A stretch of DNA of 62,948 nucleotides, filler included, from an uncultured bacterium (GCA_964371695.1; 24 parts of 24 records of this genome joined end to end with filler, not necessarily neighbours in it), one strand, 5' to 3'; positions 44,221-54,813 are shown, counted from the first letter of the whole stretch. The notes: generated by a model from the sequence alone, not told the origin. Translations and numbers: made by a program.

Positions 44221-44334
44221 TGGGGCATTGTAGAAAAAGTGCCGTCGAGGCGAAGCGATATCCTTTTTATTGGTGGGGCAGGCGTCTCGCCTGCCTTTTA
44301 TATGAACGCAGGCAGGACCACAGGCGGGGACGCC

Positions 44335-44547
44335 CATTGCTGTCAGGTTAGAAGCGAAATCAGGGGTTTGCGGCCTTTTTTTGAGTAGGCGCGACGCCGC
44401 TATCGCCTTTGCTCGGCCAGATGCCTCAATAGGCATCTGGAAAGATTCCTCGCAAACCGTCTTGCAACAACCAACACGAAATCAGGGGTTTTTGCCCTTC
44501 ACGGCGACGGGGGCGTCGCCGCTACTCAGGTAAACCTGACAGCAATG
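44335..44547. mobile_element. IS4-like MITE (213 nt) with 12-bp target duplication
   Basis: Perfect 15-bp TIRs CATTGCTGTCAGGTT/AACCTGACAGCAATG; GGCGGGGACGCC at 44323-44334 and 44548-44559; same right end at 37292-37306. Confidence 0.8.
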
Positions 44548-44666
44548 GGCGGGGACGCCTGTGGCTACTCGCGCCACCAAAGAGCAAAAAAGAAGGTGTG
44601 GTGGTTTTACTTCACCTGGATTCCCGCTTTCGCGGGAATGACGCCGGGTCTACAAAAAACCGTCCC

Positions 44667-44962
44667 TCACACCCTCGCGCCAAACAGGGTTTCGATGTAA
44701 CGCTTTTCGCGCTCGGCGATCAGTTCGTGAAACTGGGCCAGCAGGGCGCGGTGGCTGTCGAACACGCGGTAACCGTCTTTGGCCAGCCTGAGCAGGTCGC
44801 TGTTGCTGATGAGAAAACGCGGCAGGTGGTTGAGAATCGCCTCCAGGTGGAAACGGGGGTTTTCCACCACGCTTTTGACAAAACCGAACGACCCCAGCAA
44901 CAGCGAAAGTTGTCGGGTGCGTTCATCCAGCGTGGTGACTTCGCGGTAGGACTGGTTGTAGA
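44667..44962 (-). CDS. hypothetical protein, 3' fragment
   Basis: Open frame from contig end (YNQSYREVTT...LFGARV*). Confidence 0.5.
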
Positions 44963-45062
44963 NNNNNNNNNNNNNNNNNNNNNNNNNNNNNNNNNNNNNN
45001 NNNNNNTTAATTAATTAANNNNNNNNNNNNNNNNNNNNNNNNNNNNNNNNNNNNNNNNNNNN

Positions 45063-46843
45063 CCCTTGATCAGGGTTTTGCCGCCGGGGTGTTTCAGGCC
45101 GCCAAACACTTCATCAAACGTGCGGTTTTCTTTGGTGATCATCAGCACGTATTTGATCTGCTGGCTGGGGTGACCGGCGACTTCCGCCACCGGCGACATC
45201 ACCGGTTTGCGGGTCGGCGGCGTGAGACCGTTGTTGGCCAGCACCACCCGCGTGCCCTTGGCCAGATCCTGCTTTTCAGGTTGATCAATCACGCTGAGGC
45301 TGCCCCGCATGAGCCGCCCCACATAGGGGTTCAGCCCCCGGAACTTGGGCCCGGCGTTGGGGCCGGAGCCGTAACCCTTGGCGTTGAGCACATAAAGCCG
45401 ATTGCCCGCCGCGTTGAGTTGCAGGGCGCTGGGGTGCCATCCGGCGGGAATGAAACCCAGCACCTTCAGGGTGCGGGTGTCCACCACGGCCACGGCGTTG
45501 AGGCCCGCCAGCGCCACATAAAGGCGGTGCTGCACCGGCGAATGGGCCAGGCCCACCGGCAGCGCGCCTTTCAGCGCCCCCAGCAGGGGGGTGGGACTCA
45601 GCGACACCGTGCGCAGGAGTTTTCCCGTGACGGCGTCCAGCACAGCCACGGTGTCGGTGTGGCCGTTGGAAACATAAACCCGGTCTGCCGTGGCCAGCAC
45701 ACCGGCGGGGCTGGAACCCCCCACCGCCTGATAACCGTTCACCACTTCACCCACCTTGGGGCCGGTTTTCACCTTGAACTTCACCTGCCCCTTGCCGGGA
45801 ATACTCACGTCAATGGCGTGCAGGCTGAAGCTTTCGGGCACGTTGGGATCGCCCAGGCCGGGCACGCGGATGCCGTCCACCACCACGCCTTCCACCGCCT
45901 CTTTGCTGGGCACGCCAAAAGCCGGAAACTTCAGCCCCGTTTTCGCCGGATCCTTGGGGTCATAACCCTCTACCCGGCGATATTGGAACATGCCGGAATT
46001 GACCACATACAGGGTGTGGCCATCTGGCGAAAGCGCCACGCTGAAGGGGTTGCGTCCGGTGGGGAAATTGGCCATGACCTTTTGGGTGGTGGTGTCCACG
46101 GCGGCGATGCGGTAGTTCATCTGGTCAATGACGTAAAGGATTTTTCCGGCCTGATCCAACAACAAATCACTCACAAAAGCGTCGCCAAACTTGCCGTCGG
46201 AAAACTCGCCGTTCAGGTCAATTTCCCCCTTGGTGCGGGTCTGGGCCAGGTCCAGCAGATAGACCTTGCCGCTGTCGCCGCCACTGACATAAGCCGTCTG
46301 GCCATCCGGGTGAATGGCCGCGCCCATAAGCCCCCCCTTGTTGCCGAACTGATGGGGCATCAGTGTTTTGACGGCGGGTTTGGGAGCGTCCAGGTTGCTG
46401 ATGACGCTGATGGCGTCGGGTTTGTCGGTGGTGTTGAGGGTGATGAGGGTTTTTTCGTTGGGCGAAAGGGCCATGCCCCAAGGCCGGGGGGGCAGCATCA
46501 CCACGCGGCCCCAGGGGGTGACCAAACGCCCGCTGGGCAACACCGCCTGCTGTTTTTTTTCTTCAATCAGGCAGGGGGCATCACCCGCAGGAGAAAGCAG
46601 AAAAGGCGGGGGGACCTTGGCCGCCTGGGCCTGGCCCAGGCACAACAGTGCCATCAGAAGCCCTCTCAAAATTACTTTTGAGGGGGTTTCTGACAGGCCA
46701 GGATGGCCTGCCTCGAAAACCGCAGCTTGAAAAAGCACAGGTTTTCGCGCTCGTGGCAGGGAATTATTCCCTGCCACGGCGTTCGAAAAAATCCACGGAG
46801 GGATTTTTGAGAAAGGTTTTAGGATCAGAAAAAACTTTCGCAT
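45063..46843 (-). CDS. secreted YncE/YVTN beta-propeller + phosphoesterase-family protein, partial; signal peptide interrupted by an element
   Basis: SD GGAGG; LPSGR.VTP.G, repeated LYV.N, IPAGWHPS, IKYV..I.KENRTFD. Confidence 0.88.
46658..46819. mobile_element. 162-nt multi-hairpin MITE-like element inserted in-frame
   Basis: Imperfect TIRs sharing TCTCAAAA; core shared with 24677-24835; exactly 54 codons. Confidence 0.75.
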
Positions 46844-46898
46844 ATTGCCTCCATGTGGCCATGAGTCTGAAAAGCGGCTGTTAATTTTGGACGAATCT

Positions 46899-47559
46899 TC
46901 ACGGCCGGGGGTGGTTTTTGAAAAACGCCCACATGGCTTCGTTGGCGCTGATCTCCTGTGTGGGGACATCGCCACCCAGCCAGCCCGTTTTGCCACCGGG
47001 CCAAGCGTGTTTGCCACCCACAATACTCACGTGCTCCACGGCTCCCTGGCGGCAACCGGGGTAAACCCGCCGCACAATGTTGCCCTGTCGGGTTTCCACG
47101 GGTTTGGCGACGCAGCCGCCCACCTTGAGAAACGGCGCGAGGCTCTGTGCCTGCGACATCCGCACATCCTTGGCCAGACCTTTTGGGCCAATACCCCCCT
47201 GCCAGGGCACGTGTTCATCAGCCGTGCCGTGAAAAGCAATGACCGACACAGTCCGCCAGGGGGCGCAGCCATCCAGCGCCAATGACCCCGCCACCGGCGC
47301 AATGGCGGCGAACAAATCGCTGTGTTCGCAGGCCAGCCGGTAACTCATCATGCCGCCGTTGGACAGGCCCGTGGCATAAACCCGCCGGGGGTCCACGGGC
47401 AGTTCGGCCATCAGCGTCTTCACCACCTTGGCGATAAACCCGGCATCGTCCATCCTCTGGTTTTTGGCCCAGCCGCAGCAGCGCCCGGCGTTGAAGGTGA
47501 GCAGGCGGTCGCGCCACCGGCCCGTGCCAAAAGGGAACACCACATACAACCCCTCGCGC
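46899..47559 (-). CDS. LpqC/PHB-depolymerase-like esterase, 3' part
   Basis: NAGRCC, DDAGF, TGLSNGG, FHGTAD, GGKHAWPG. Confidence 0.9.
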
Positions 47560-47812
47560 NNNNNNNNNNNNNNNNNNNNNNNNNNNNNNNNNNNNNNNNN
47601 NNNTTAATTAATTAANNNNNNNNNNNNNNNNNNNNNNNNNNNNNNNNNNNNNNNNNNNNCACCGGCTGAACGATTTTGCAGCGGAATATCTGGCCAACCC
47701 TGATTTTTCCATCCGCCTGCTCACCAGCACCGCCCAGGCCCAGGCGGTGGCCAAGTCTCTGAAGACCCACGGCTTTGCCCCGGCCCAGGTGCTTCCCCTG
47801 GAGGCCTGAGTT

Positions 47813-48382
47813 TTGTCCCCTTCCCTGCCCCGGCTGTTTGTTCATCCCCAGATCATGGCCTGCCGCACCGCCCGTGCGGTGCTGGCCGAAAAAGCGGTGC
47901 GGTTTGAACTGACGCCAGAGCCGGACGGCACTGATCTGCCCCGCTGGGTAACTGAAAAAAATCAGGCCGTCACCGGGCTGGATGCCCTGTTGCTGTTTCT
48001 GGAAAAGGCTTTCCCCTCCCCTGCCCTGCTGGAGGCGCCAAACGGTGAAACGGCTTTCAGGGAATGTCTGCAAAATGTGGCGCTGCCGCTTTATCTCGCC
48101 ACCGAAGAACTGGCCCGCGCCGCCATGGGCCGGGCGGTGGATGAACGGGACCTGCCGCCCCTCACCAAAGCCACAGAAAACGTCTATGCGGCGCTGGACC
48201 GGCTGGAAGACCGGCTGGCGGGCGGCCCCTGGCTGATGGGAGAAGATTTCTCGCTGCTGGACCTGCTGTTCACCGCGCCCCTGATGGCGCTGGAAGAGCT
48301 GGACGTGCCTGTTTCGCCTGGTCGACCCGTGATGCACGAATGGGCGATGGCGTTGCTGGAACGCCCCAGCGCCCAGGCGTGA
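47813..48382 (+). CDS. glutathione S-transferase-like protein
   Basis: L.EK, L.FLE..FP.P.L, LE.RL...PWL.GE.FSL.D, L.RPS. Confidence 0.7.
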   Translation: MSPSLPRLFVHPQIMACRTARAVLAEKAVRFELTPEPDGTDLPRWVTEKNQAVTGLDALLLFLEKAFPSPALLEAPNGETAFRECLQNVALPLYLATEELARAAMGRAVDERDLPPLTKATENVYAALDRLEDRLAGGPWLMGEDFSLLDLLFTAPLMALEELDVPVSPGRPVMHEWAMALLERPSAQA

Positions 48383-48405
48383 CCCCGCTTTATACTGAGT
48401 TGTTC

Positions 48406-49263
48406 ATGAGCCCCCAGCCCCCCGCCTCGCGGCCCGCCGCCGAAGACCTGGCCCTGGCAGACGCCGCGTTTCACGACACCCTGGCCGAGGACTACGCCGA
48501 CCGGGTGCAGTGGTCCACGCCCCGCAACCAGTTGGCCCATGGTTTGATTAATCAGGCCGTGTTGTCGTTTGGCCCTGGCCTGTGGGCCGAGGTGGGCTGT
48601 GGCCTGAGCCTGGATGGCGAGGCCCTGGCAACCCAGGGCGTGAAAGTGGTGGCGGTGGACCCCTCCCGCAACATGCTGCGCCAGGGCATGGCGCGTTTGG
48701 TGGGCACGGGCCTGCCCTGGACACCTCTTCAGGCCCAGGGGGCCGCTCTGCCTTTTCTGGATGAAAGTCTGGCGGGGGTGTTGTGGGTGGCCAGCCTGCA
48801 CCACCTGCCCGATCACGTTCACGCGCTCCGGGAATCGGCCCGCGTGGTGCGCCCCGGTGGCGGCGTGGTGGTGGGCATGGAGCCAGCCCGCTGGTGGCAC
48901 GAACCCGTCGAGCGCTTCATGGAAAAAAAGCGCCCCCAACTGGCGGGTGAAGGCAGTCGCTTTTCGGCCCACGGCAGCCCGGCAGACGAAATGGGCGAGG
49001 GCTTCACCCGCGCCGACTGGTCTCGTCTGGCGGTGCAGTCGGGTCTGCGGCTGAAACAGGTGCAGCCCCTGTGGCTCACCCTGGGTTTTGCCCACCTGGG
49101 GCTGGAGGCCGGTTTTAGACTGCTCAAAACCCGCCAGCGCTGGCGTTTGCCCGCTTTTGTCGAAAAAGCCATGTGGCGGGCCGATTCATTATTGCTGCGT
49201 CTGCCGCCTTTTAACCTCACGCCCTGGCACTGGCTGGCGGTTTTTGAAAAGCCAGGGATGTAA
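48406..49263 (+). CDS. class I SAM-dependent methyltransferase
   Basis: EVGCG, VDPS.NML, LPF.DES, SLHH, RVVRPGG. Confidence 0.9.
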   Translation: MSPQPPASRPAAEDLALADAAFHDTLAEDYADRVQWSTPRNQLAHGLINQAVLSFGPGLWAEVGCGLSLDGEALATQGVKVVAVDPSRNMLRQGMARLVGTGLPWTPLQAQGAALPFLDESLAGVLWVASLHHLPDHVHALRESARVVRPGGGVVVGMEPARWWHEPVERFMEKKRPQLAGEGSRFSAHGSPADEMGEGFTRADWSRLAVQSGLRLKQVQPLWLTLGFAHLGLEAGFRLLKTRQRWRLPAFVEKAMWRADSLLLRLPPFNLTPWHWLAVFEKPGM

Positions 49264-49291
49264 ATTCTGCATTTTTGTTATGGTTTCGGAC

Positions 49292-49318
49292 TAATGGATA
49301 TAGAATAAGTGCCGATAA
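49292..49318 (+). promoter_or_regulatory. sigma-28 promoter
   Basis: TAAT-N15-GCCGATAA (perfect -10), 21 nt before the FliD-like ATG. Confidence 0.8.
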
Positions 49319-49339
49319 GACAGGCGGGGGTGAGCAGGC

Positions 49340-50148
49340 ATGGCCATTGACAGCAGTCTTCTTTCCAGTCAGTTCAATCTGCTCAGCCGCATCAGCTCTC
49401 TGAGCCTGCTCAGCACACTGACACAAAAGGTCGGGGCGTCTCAAAACAATCTGGCTGGCGCGATTTCTGCCGCCACGGGCACGACTGGCCTTCAGTTCAA
49501 CGTGGCGGGCTCAGTGAACAGCGCGGCGGCGGGGCTGGCCTCGGCGGCGCAAAAACTCACCGACACCTCCATCAACAGCGTGCTGAACAGCAAAAAGGTG
49601 CAGGCCGAAGGCTCCACCGGTGACAAAGCCGCCTTCACCGCCACCGCCAGTTCCCTGGCCACTGCGGGTGAGGAATATGACCTGGACATCAACCAACTGG
49701 CCACGGCCAAGGCGGTGCAGACAAGCGCCGTGAGCGCCGCAGGGGCCAGCGCGCTCGCCCCCGGCGTGCAAACCATCGAAATCACGCCCCAGGGCGAAAG
49801 CACCGGCCAGACCTATTCGGTCACCGTCAACCCCGGCGACACCAACCAGACGGTGCTGGACAACCTGGCTGCCGAAATCAACAGCCGCGAGGGCTACACC
49901 GCCGAAGTGGTGGACGTGGGCGGCGGCAACATTCACCTCACCCTCACCGGCCAGGACACCGGCGAGACGGCAACCTACACCGTCAGCGACCTGAGCGGTT
50001 CACTGGCGAGCACCTATCAACTGGATTCCACCGCCACCGTCACCAGCAACGACACCACCGGCGGCGTCACCCAGGCGGCGGTCAACGCCGCGGTCGCGGG
50101 GGACCGGATCGTGATCTCCGGCACCCACGTGGAAAACGGCGTGATCAC
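49340..50148 (+). CDS. FliD (flagellar cap)-like protein, partial
   Basis: TATA...A.AG.Y...INQLATA, L..LA..IN, L.LTG.DTG; sigma-28 promoter; lacks the usual N-terminal G..SG.D. Confidence 0.65.
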
Positions 50149-50248
50149 NNNNNNNNNNNNNNNNNNNNNNNNNNNNNNNNNNNNNNNNNNNNTTAATTAA
50201 TTAANNNNNNNNNNNNNNNNNNNNNNNNNNNNNNNNNNNNNNNNNNNN

Positions 50249-50869
50249 CCAGGGCCCCGCGCCGGCCAGGCGGGCGCTGTCAAAAAGGGAAGGGGAAATC
50301 GGGCGCACCGCCGGGATAAAAATCATGGCGTAATAACCCATGGCGGCCCACACGTCCATGGCCATGATGCTTTTGAGTGCAAAACGCGGGTCGTTCAGCC
50401 AACCCACGGCGGGCAGGCCCAGGCTCATCAGGCCGCTGTTGAGGGGCCCCTGGGGGGCATAGGCGAATTTGAACAGCAGGGCGATGACGACCATGCTCAC
50501 CATCACCGGAAACAGCAGCAGCGACTCAAAAAACTGGCTGCCTCTGGGGCCGGTGAAAAGCAGGTGCGCCAGAATCAGCGCCAAAAGCGTGGTGGCCGGC
50601 AATGTGAACACCGTGAAGAACAGCGTGTTGCTAAGGGCTTTGAGAAAAATCTCGTCCTGCCCCAGTCGGGCATAGTTCCCAAGCCCCACAAAAACTGTGT
50701 GATCTGACCGCAGGGGGTTGAAGTCAGTGAGCGAAAGGCTCACCGCATGGCCCATGGGAAAAAGCCAGAACAGGCCAAACACCACCAGCCAGGGCCACAA
50801 CAACCAGCGGCCCTGACGGGCCTGAAGAAAAATGGGGAGTGGGTTTTGCGTGTGGAGGGCCGTTTTCAC
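50249..50869 (-). CDS. carbohydrate ABC transporter permease, partial
   Basis: FVGLGNY, AL.NT, G.LN, EAA-like LFDSARLAGA. Confidence 0.9.
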
Positions 50870-50917
50870 CGATGGTTTTAATATCCACCCGCCGGGTTCG
50901 ATGGGTGGCGAAAAATC

Positions 50918-52030
50918 CTACAAATGTCCCAGCGCCTTCAGCGCCTGCTTGAGGCCCTTCAAAAACCGCTGGTTGTCCTTGCGCCGCCCCAGCGTCACCC
51001 GCAGGGCACCCGGCACACCAAACGATTTCAACCCCCGCACAATCACGCCCTGATGCAGCAGGTGGTCCACCACCGGCGTGGCGTCCTGGGGCAGCACCAC
51101 CATCAGAAAGTTGGCCTGACTGGGCACGGCCACCAGGCCCAGACGGGTTACTTCGCCCCCCAGCCAGGCCCGTTCCTTTTTCATGAGGTCCACCGTGCGC
51201 TGCAGATGGGCGGTGTCGGCCAGGGCCGCCAGCGCCGCCGCCTGGGCCAGGCTGTTGACGTTGAAGGGGGGCCGCAGGCGCGCCAGCAGGGCGATGGTGT
51301 CTGGGTGGCCCACGCCAAAACCCACCCGCAGGCCCGCCAGGGCATAACTCTTGCTGAAGGTGCGCGTGACGATGAGGTTGGGGGTTTTGATGGCCAGCGG
51401 AACGGGGTCAAAACAGTTCACACCCCGGATTTCCCGATAGGCTTCGTCCAGCACCACCAGCACGTGGGGCGGAACCTGGGCCAGAAAATGTTTCAGGTCC
51501 GTGTCTTTCACCACCGTGCCCGTGGGGTTGTTGGGGTTGGGAATGAACACGATGCGGGTTTGGGGCGTGATGGCTTTTTGCAGGGCTTGCAGGTCCACCG
51601 TCCAGTTTTTCAGCGCCACCCCCACGCTGGTGCTGTTCATCTGGGCCGCCAGAATGGGGTACATCACAAAACTGGTGAGGGGGAAAAGGCACTCGGCCTG
51701 TTCGTTGAGCGTGGCGGCGGCGCACAGGTGCAGGATTTCGTCAGACCCGTTGCCGAACAGCAGGTTCTGGGGGGCCACCTTCAGATGCGTGGCCAGCGCC
51801 CGTCGCAGGTCATGCACCGTGTCTTCGGGGTAATAGTGAATCTCTGGGGCGGCCTGCTGCACGGCCCTGACGGCTTTGGGGCTGGGGCCCAGCAGGTTCT
51901 CGTTGCTGGCCAGCTTGATGACATCGGCAAGCCCCAGTTCCCGCGCCACCTCCTGAATGGGTTTGCCCGGAATGTAGGGTTTGAGTTCGCTGAGGTGTTT
52001 TCTGGCCCAGGGGGGAAGGGGGGCGGACAT
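50918..52030 (-). CDS. hisC: histidinol-phosphate aminotransferase
   Basis: YIPGKP, KLASNEN, GNGSDE, NPNNPTG, DEAY, RTFSKSYALAGLRVG. Confidence 0.96.
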   Translation of the reverse strand: MSAPLPPWARKHLSELKPYIPGKPIQEVARELGLADVIKLASNENLLGPSPKAVRAVQQAAPEIHYYPEDTVHDLRRALATHLKVAPQNLLFGNGSDEILHLCAAATLNEQAECLFPLTSFVMYPILAAQMNSTSVGVALKNWTVDLQALQKAITPQTRIVFIPNPNNPTGTVVKDTDLKHFLAQVPPHVLVVLDEAYREIRGVNCFDPVPLAIKTPNLIVTRTFSKSYALAGLRVGFGVGHPDTIALLARLRPPFNVNSLAQAAALAALADTAHLQRTVDLMKKERAWLGGEVTRLGLVAVPSQANFLMVVLPQDATPVVDHLLHQGVIVRGLKSFGVPGALRVTLGRRKDNQRFLKGLKQALKALGHL

Positions 52031-52051
52031 GTCGGGTGCTCCGTTCGTTGA

Positions 52052-52606
52052 TCAGGGGGTTGCGGGGGCCGTGGCCTTGTGATCCAGCAGGTGCTGTTCC
52101 AGCACACGGGCGGCAAATCGCAGGCGGTCCAGCAGCAGGGCGTCTTCCTGCGGATTTTTCGTGTCCAGGTTTTTCAGCACCAGTGCCACGTCTTCGGGCA
52201 GGTGGGCTTCCAGTTCCAGGGCCTGTTTCTGGGCCAGGGAAAGGAACCGCTTTCCCTCGCCCTGGTCGTTGCGGTTCAGGGCCGATTCGGCTCGGTTCAG
52301 CAGACTCAGCAGCGCCTGGGTTCTGATTTGTGTCTGCAACTGGCGGGTGGCGGCGCGCCATTCCCGGCTGGTGGTTTTGGCGCGGGGGTTTTTGTCAGCC
52401 CCCTGGCGGCTTTGGGCTTCAAGCTGTTTTTCCAGGCCGTTCAGGCGCTTTTCCAGGGCCTTGATTTTTTTGGTGGCAGAGGCAGGTTGGGTGAGGTGCG
52501 GCGCCAGATAGGGCAGGGCCTCTGGCCGCAGGCCCCCATACACACCAATGACCGCCGCCACCAGCCCCGCCAGAAATCCGCTGAAAATCGCCGTGACTAT
52601 TCTCAT
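52052..52606 (-). CDS. membrane-anchored coiled-coil hypothetical protein
   Basis: N-terminal TM, heptad-rich segment; directly upstream of hisC. Confidence 0.7.
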   Translation of the reverse strand: MRIVTAIFSGFLAGLVAAVIGVYGGLRPEALPYLAPHLTQPASATKKIKALEKRLNGLEKQLEAQSRQGADKNPRAKTTSREWRAATRQLQTQIRTQALLSLLNRAESALNRNDQGEGKRFLSLAQKQALELEAHLPEDVALVLKNLDTKNPQEDALLLDRLRFAARVLEQHLLDHKATAPATP

Positions 52607-52834
52607 GGTGCGGCAGTGTAGCAGGGTGGTCCCGCGACGCATCCATGGCGTGTCTACCTCTGGAATGGTTTTTATTTTTGCGGGGGGGGGGGGCCCCCCC
52701 CCCCCCCCCCGGGACGACGTCGAGGGGCGGGGAGNNNNNNNNNNNNNNNNNNNNNNNNNNNNNNNNNNNNNNNNNNNNTTAATTAATTAANNNNNNNNNN
52801 NNNNNNNNNNNNNNNNNNNNNNNNNNNNNNNNNN

Positions 52835-53589
52835 GTCTTGTGCTGGACAGGAAAGCCAAAAACCGCGCCCTGCTGCTGGGCGTGCTGGCCGCTGGCGGTG
52901 TGCTGATTTTTCTCACCCCCATGGGACAGATGGTGATTGACATTTACCAGCGCAAAAGCCTGATGGAGGTGTTTGTCTATGCCCGCACCAACGCCTCTTC
53001 GCCCGAAGTGCTGAAAATGGCCAAGCCCACCGTGGGCAGTCTGGTGAAGGGCACACCCATGGGTTTTGCCCGGCTTTATTTTTCGCCCCTGCCGCTGCTG
53101 TATGAAGCCAGAAAGGACATGCTCTCTCTGTGGCAGTCGCTGATCATGCTGCCGTGGTTTGCGCTGTTTCCGTTTTTCATGGGGGGCGTGTGGTTTTTTC
53201 TCAAGGAGAAATTCCGGCAAGGGGCGGTGGTGTGGATGTATCTGGCGCTCTACACCCTGTTTTTTTCCATGATCGCCTTTGCGCCAGACCCACGGCGTAA
53301 CCTGCACGTTTATCCCGTGTGGCTGTTTTTTGCCGCCATGGGCCTGCGCCGCATGACCTTTGCCCACCCGCTGCCCTGGGCCGTCTATTTCGTTTTTCTG
53401 GTGATCACCATCAACTCGGCCACCACGACGCAGTGGGTTTTTCCCCTGCTCAAACCCCTGCTGGCGGCGGCGGGCTTGTGGTTTTTGTGGCTGTTTTACA
53501 ATGCCAGACTTCCCGGTGGGCGCAGGCCACCGGGAACATTCACTCTTTCCCCTCCAGAATCGCCTGAAGCTTCGCCTGGCCCTCTTTGA
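52835..53589 (+). CDS. polytopic membrane protein, 3' part (possibly polysaccharide polymerase or GT-C type)
   Basis: Several hydrophobic segments; family not recognised with certainty. Confidence 0.6.
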
Positions 53590-54790
53590 GGATGGTCGCG
53601 GGCTTCTCGCCCGCCAGGGCTTTTTCTACCTGAAGGGTGATGGCTTCTTCCATCTTCACCCACTGGGGAACCTGGGGGGTGTCGCGGCTATACAGCATCT
53701 GCTGGGCGAAAACTTCCTGGTGACCGTTGGTGATCCAGCTTCTGTCCTGTGTGGCGTCTTTGTAGCTGGGCATGAGAAAGGGCAGGGCCTTGGTGACCGC
53801 GGCCATCTGGGGGCGCTGACACAGCCAGTCCATCAGGGCGTTGGCGTTCTTTTCGTTTCTGGAATCCTTGAACCGCACCAGCACTTCGGCCCCCGCAAAG
53901 CTGTAGGGCGTTTTGGCGGGGTCGTTGTCTTCGTGGGGCAGCAGGGCCACGCCATAGTCCAGCGTGGGGTTTTCGGCCTTGAGTTTGTTGAGCAGCCACG
54001 CGCCGCTCACGATCATGCCCAGTTGGCCATCCACAAACATCTGGTCGGTTTCTTTCTGGCTCTGGATGGGACCGGTTTTGGAAAGCGCCACCATGAAATC
54101 CAGGGCTTTTCGGGCCTGGGGCGTGTCCAGCGTCACCTTTTTGTGGTCCTTCGAAAGCACGTCGCCCCCGGCGCTCCACAGCAGGGGCAAAAACCGCTTG
54201 AACAGAATCTGACCCTCGCCGCTGTTGCTGCCAAACCCCGCCATCTTGCCCCCCAGGGTGTTGATCTTCTGGCTGGTGCTCAGCCAGTCTGTCCAGGTCA
54301 ATGGGGCTTCGGGCGGCAGGCCCGCTTTTTTGAAAAGGGTTTTGTTGAAGAACATCGCCCGCGATCCCACCAGCCAGGGCAGGGCCACCAGCTTGCCTTC
54401 ATAGGTGCCGGTCTCCACCAGGGCCATGTTTTGGGACAGTTTGCCAAAGGGGGCGGAGAGATCCGCCAACTGGCCATCGGCGGCGAAACGCGCCACCCAG
54501 GTGCTGCCCAGCTCGGCCACGTCGGGGCCTTCGTGGCTTGAGAGCGCCACCAGCAACTGTTCCAGGCCCCCCTCCCAACTCAGTTGACGATGCTTCACGG
54601 TCACGCCGGGGTGTTTTTTTTCAAACCCCTTGATGAGGGTCTGCATGAGGGCGTCGTCGGTGAAGGTCCACAGCTTGAGTTCCTGGCTGGCCTGCTTTTG
54701 GCCGCATCCGGTGAAGACCACCAGACACAACAGGGCCAGGGCGGGCAGAAGGTGACGAAGAGCCTGTTTTAAAGGGCGGTGGTGTCGCAT
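53540..54790 (-). CDS. sugar ABC transporter substrate-binding lipoprotein
   Basis: Lipobox FTGC, FEK.HP, GPDV.ELGSTW, ALPW, FNK.LF, F..G..GM.VSG.W. Confidence 0.92.
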   Translation of the reverse strand: MRHHRPLKQALRHLLPALALLCLVVFTGCGQKQASQELKLWTFTDDALMQTLIKGFEKKHPGVTVKHRQLSWEGGLEQLLVALSSHEGPDVAELGSTWVARFAADGQLADLSAPFGKLSQNMALVETGTYEGKLVALPWLVGSRAMFFNKTLFKKAGLPPEAPLTWTDWLSTSQKINTLGGKMAGFGSNSGEGQILFKRFLPLLWSAGGDVLSKDHKKVTLDTPQARKALDFMVALSKTGPIQSQKETDQMFVDGQLGMIVSGAWLLNKLKAENPTLDYGVALLPHEDNDPAKTPYSFAGAEVLVRFKDSRNEKNANALMDWLCQRPQMAAVTKALPFLMPSYKDATQDRSWITNGHQEVFAQQMLYSRDTPQVPQWVKMEEAITLQVEKALAGEKPATILKEGQAKLQAILEGKE

Positions 54791-54813
54791 CGGCGAATTG
54801 TAGCGGGCCTGGC

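Noticed and set aside
52672-52734. Poly-G/poly-C run (similar at 2716-2775)
   Set aside because: Low-complexity sequence at contig ends, most likely low-quality base calls.
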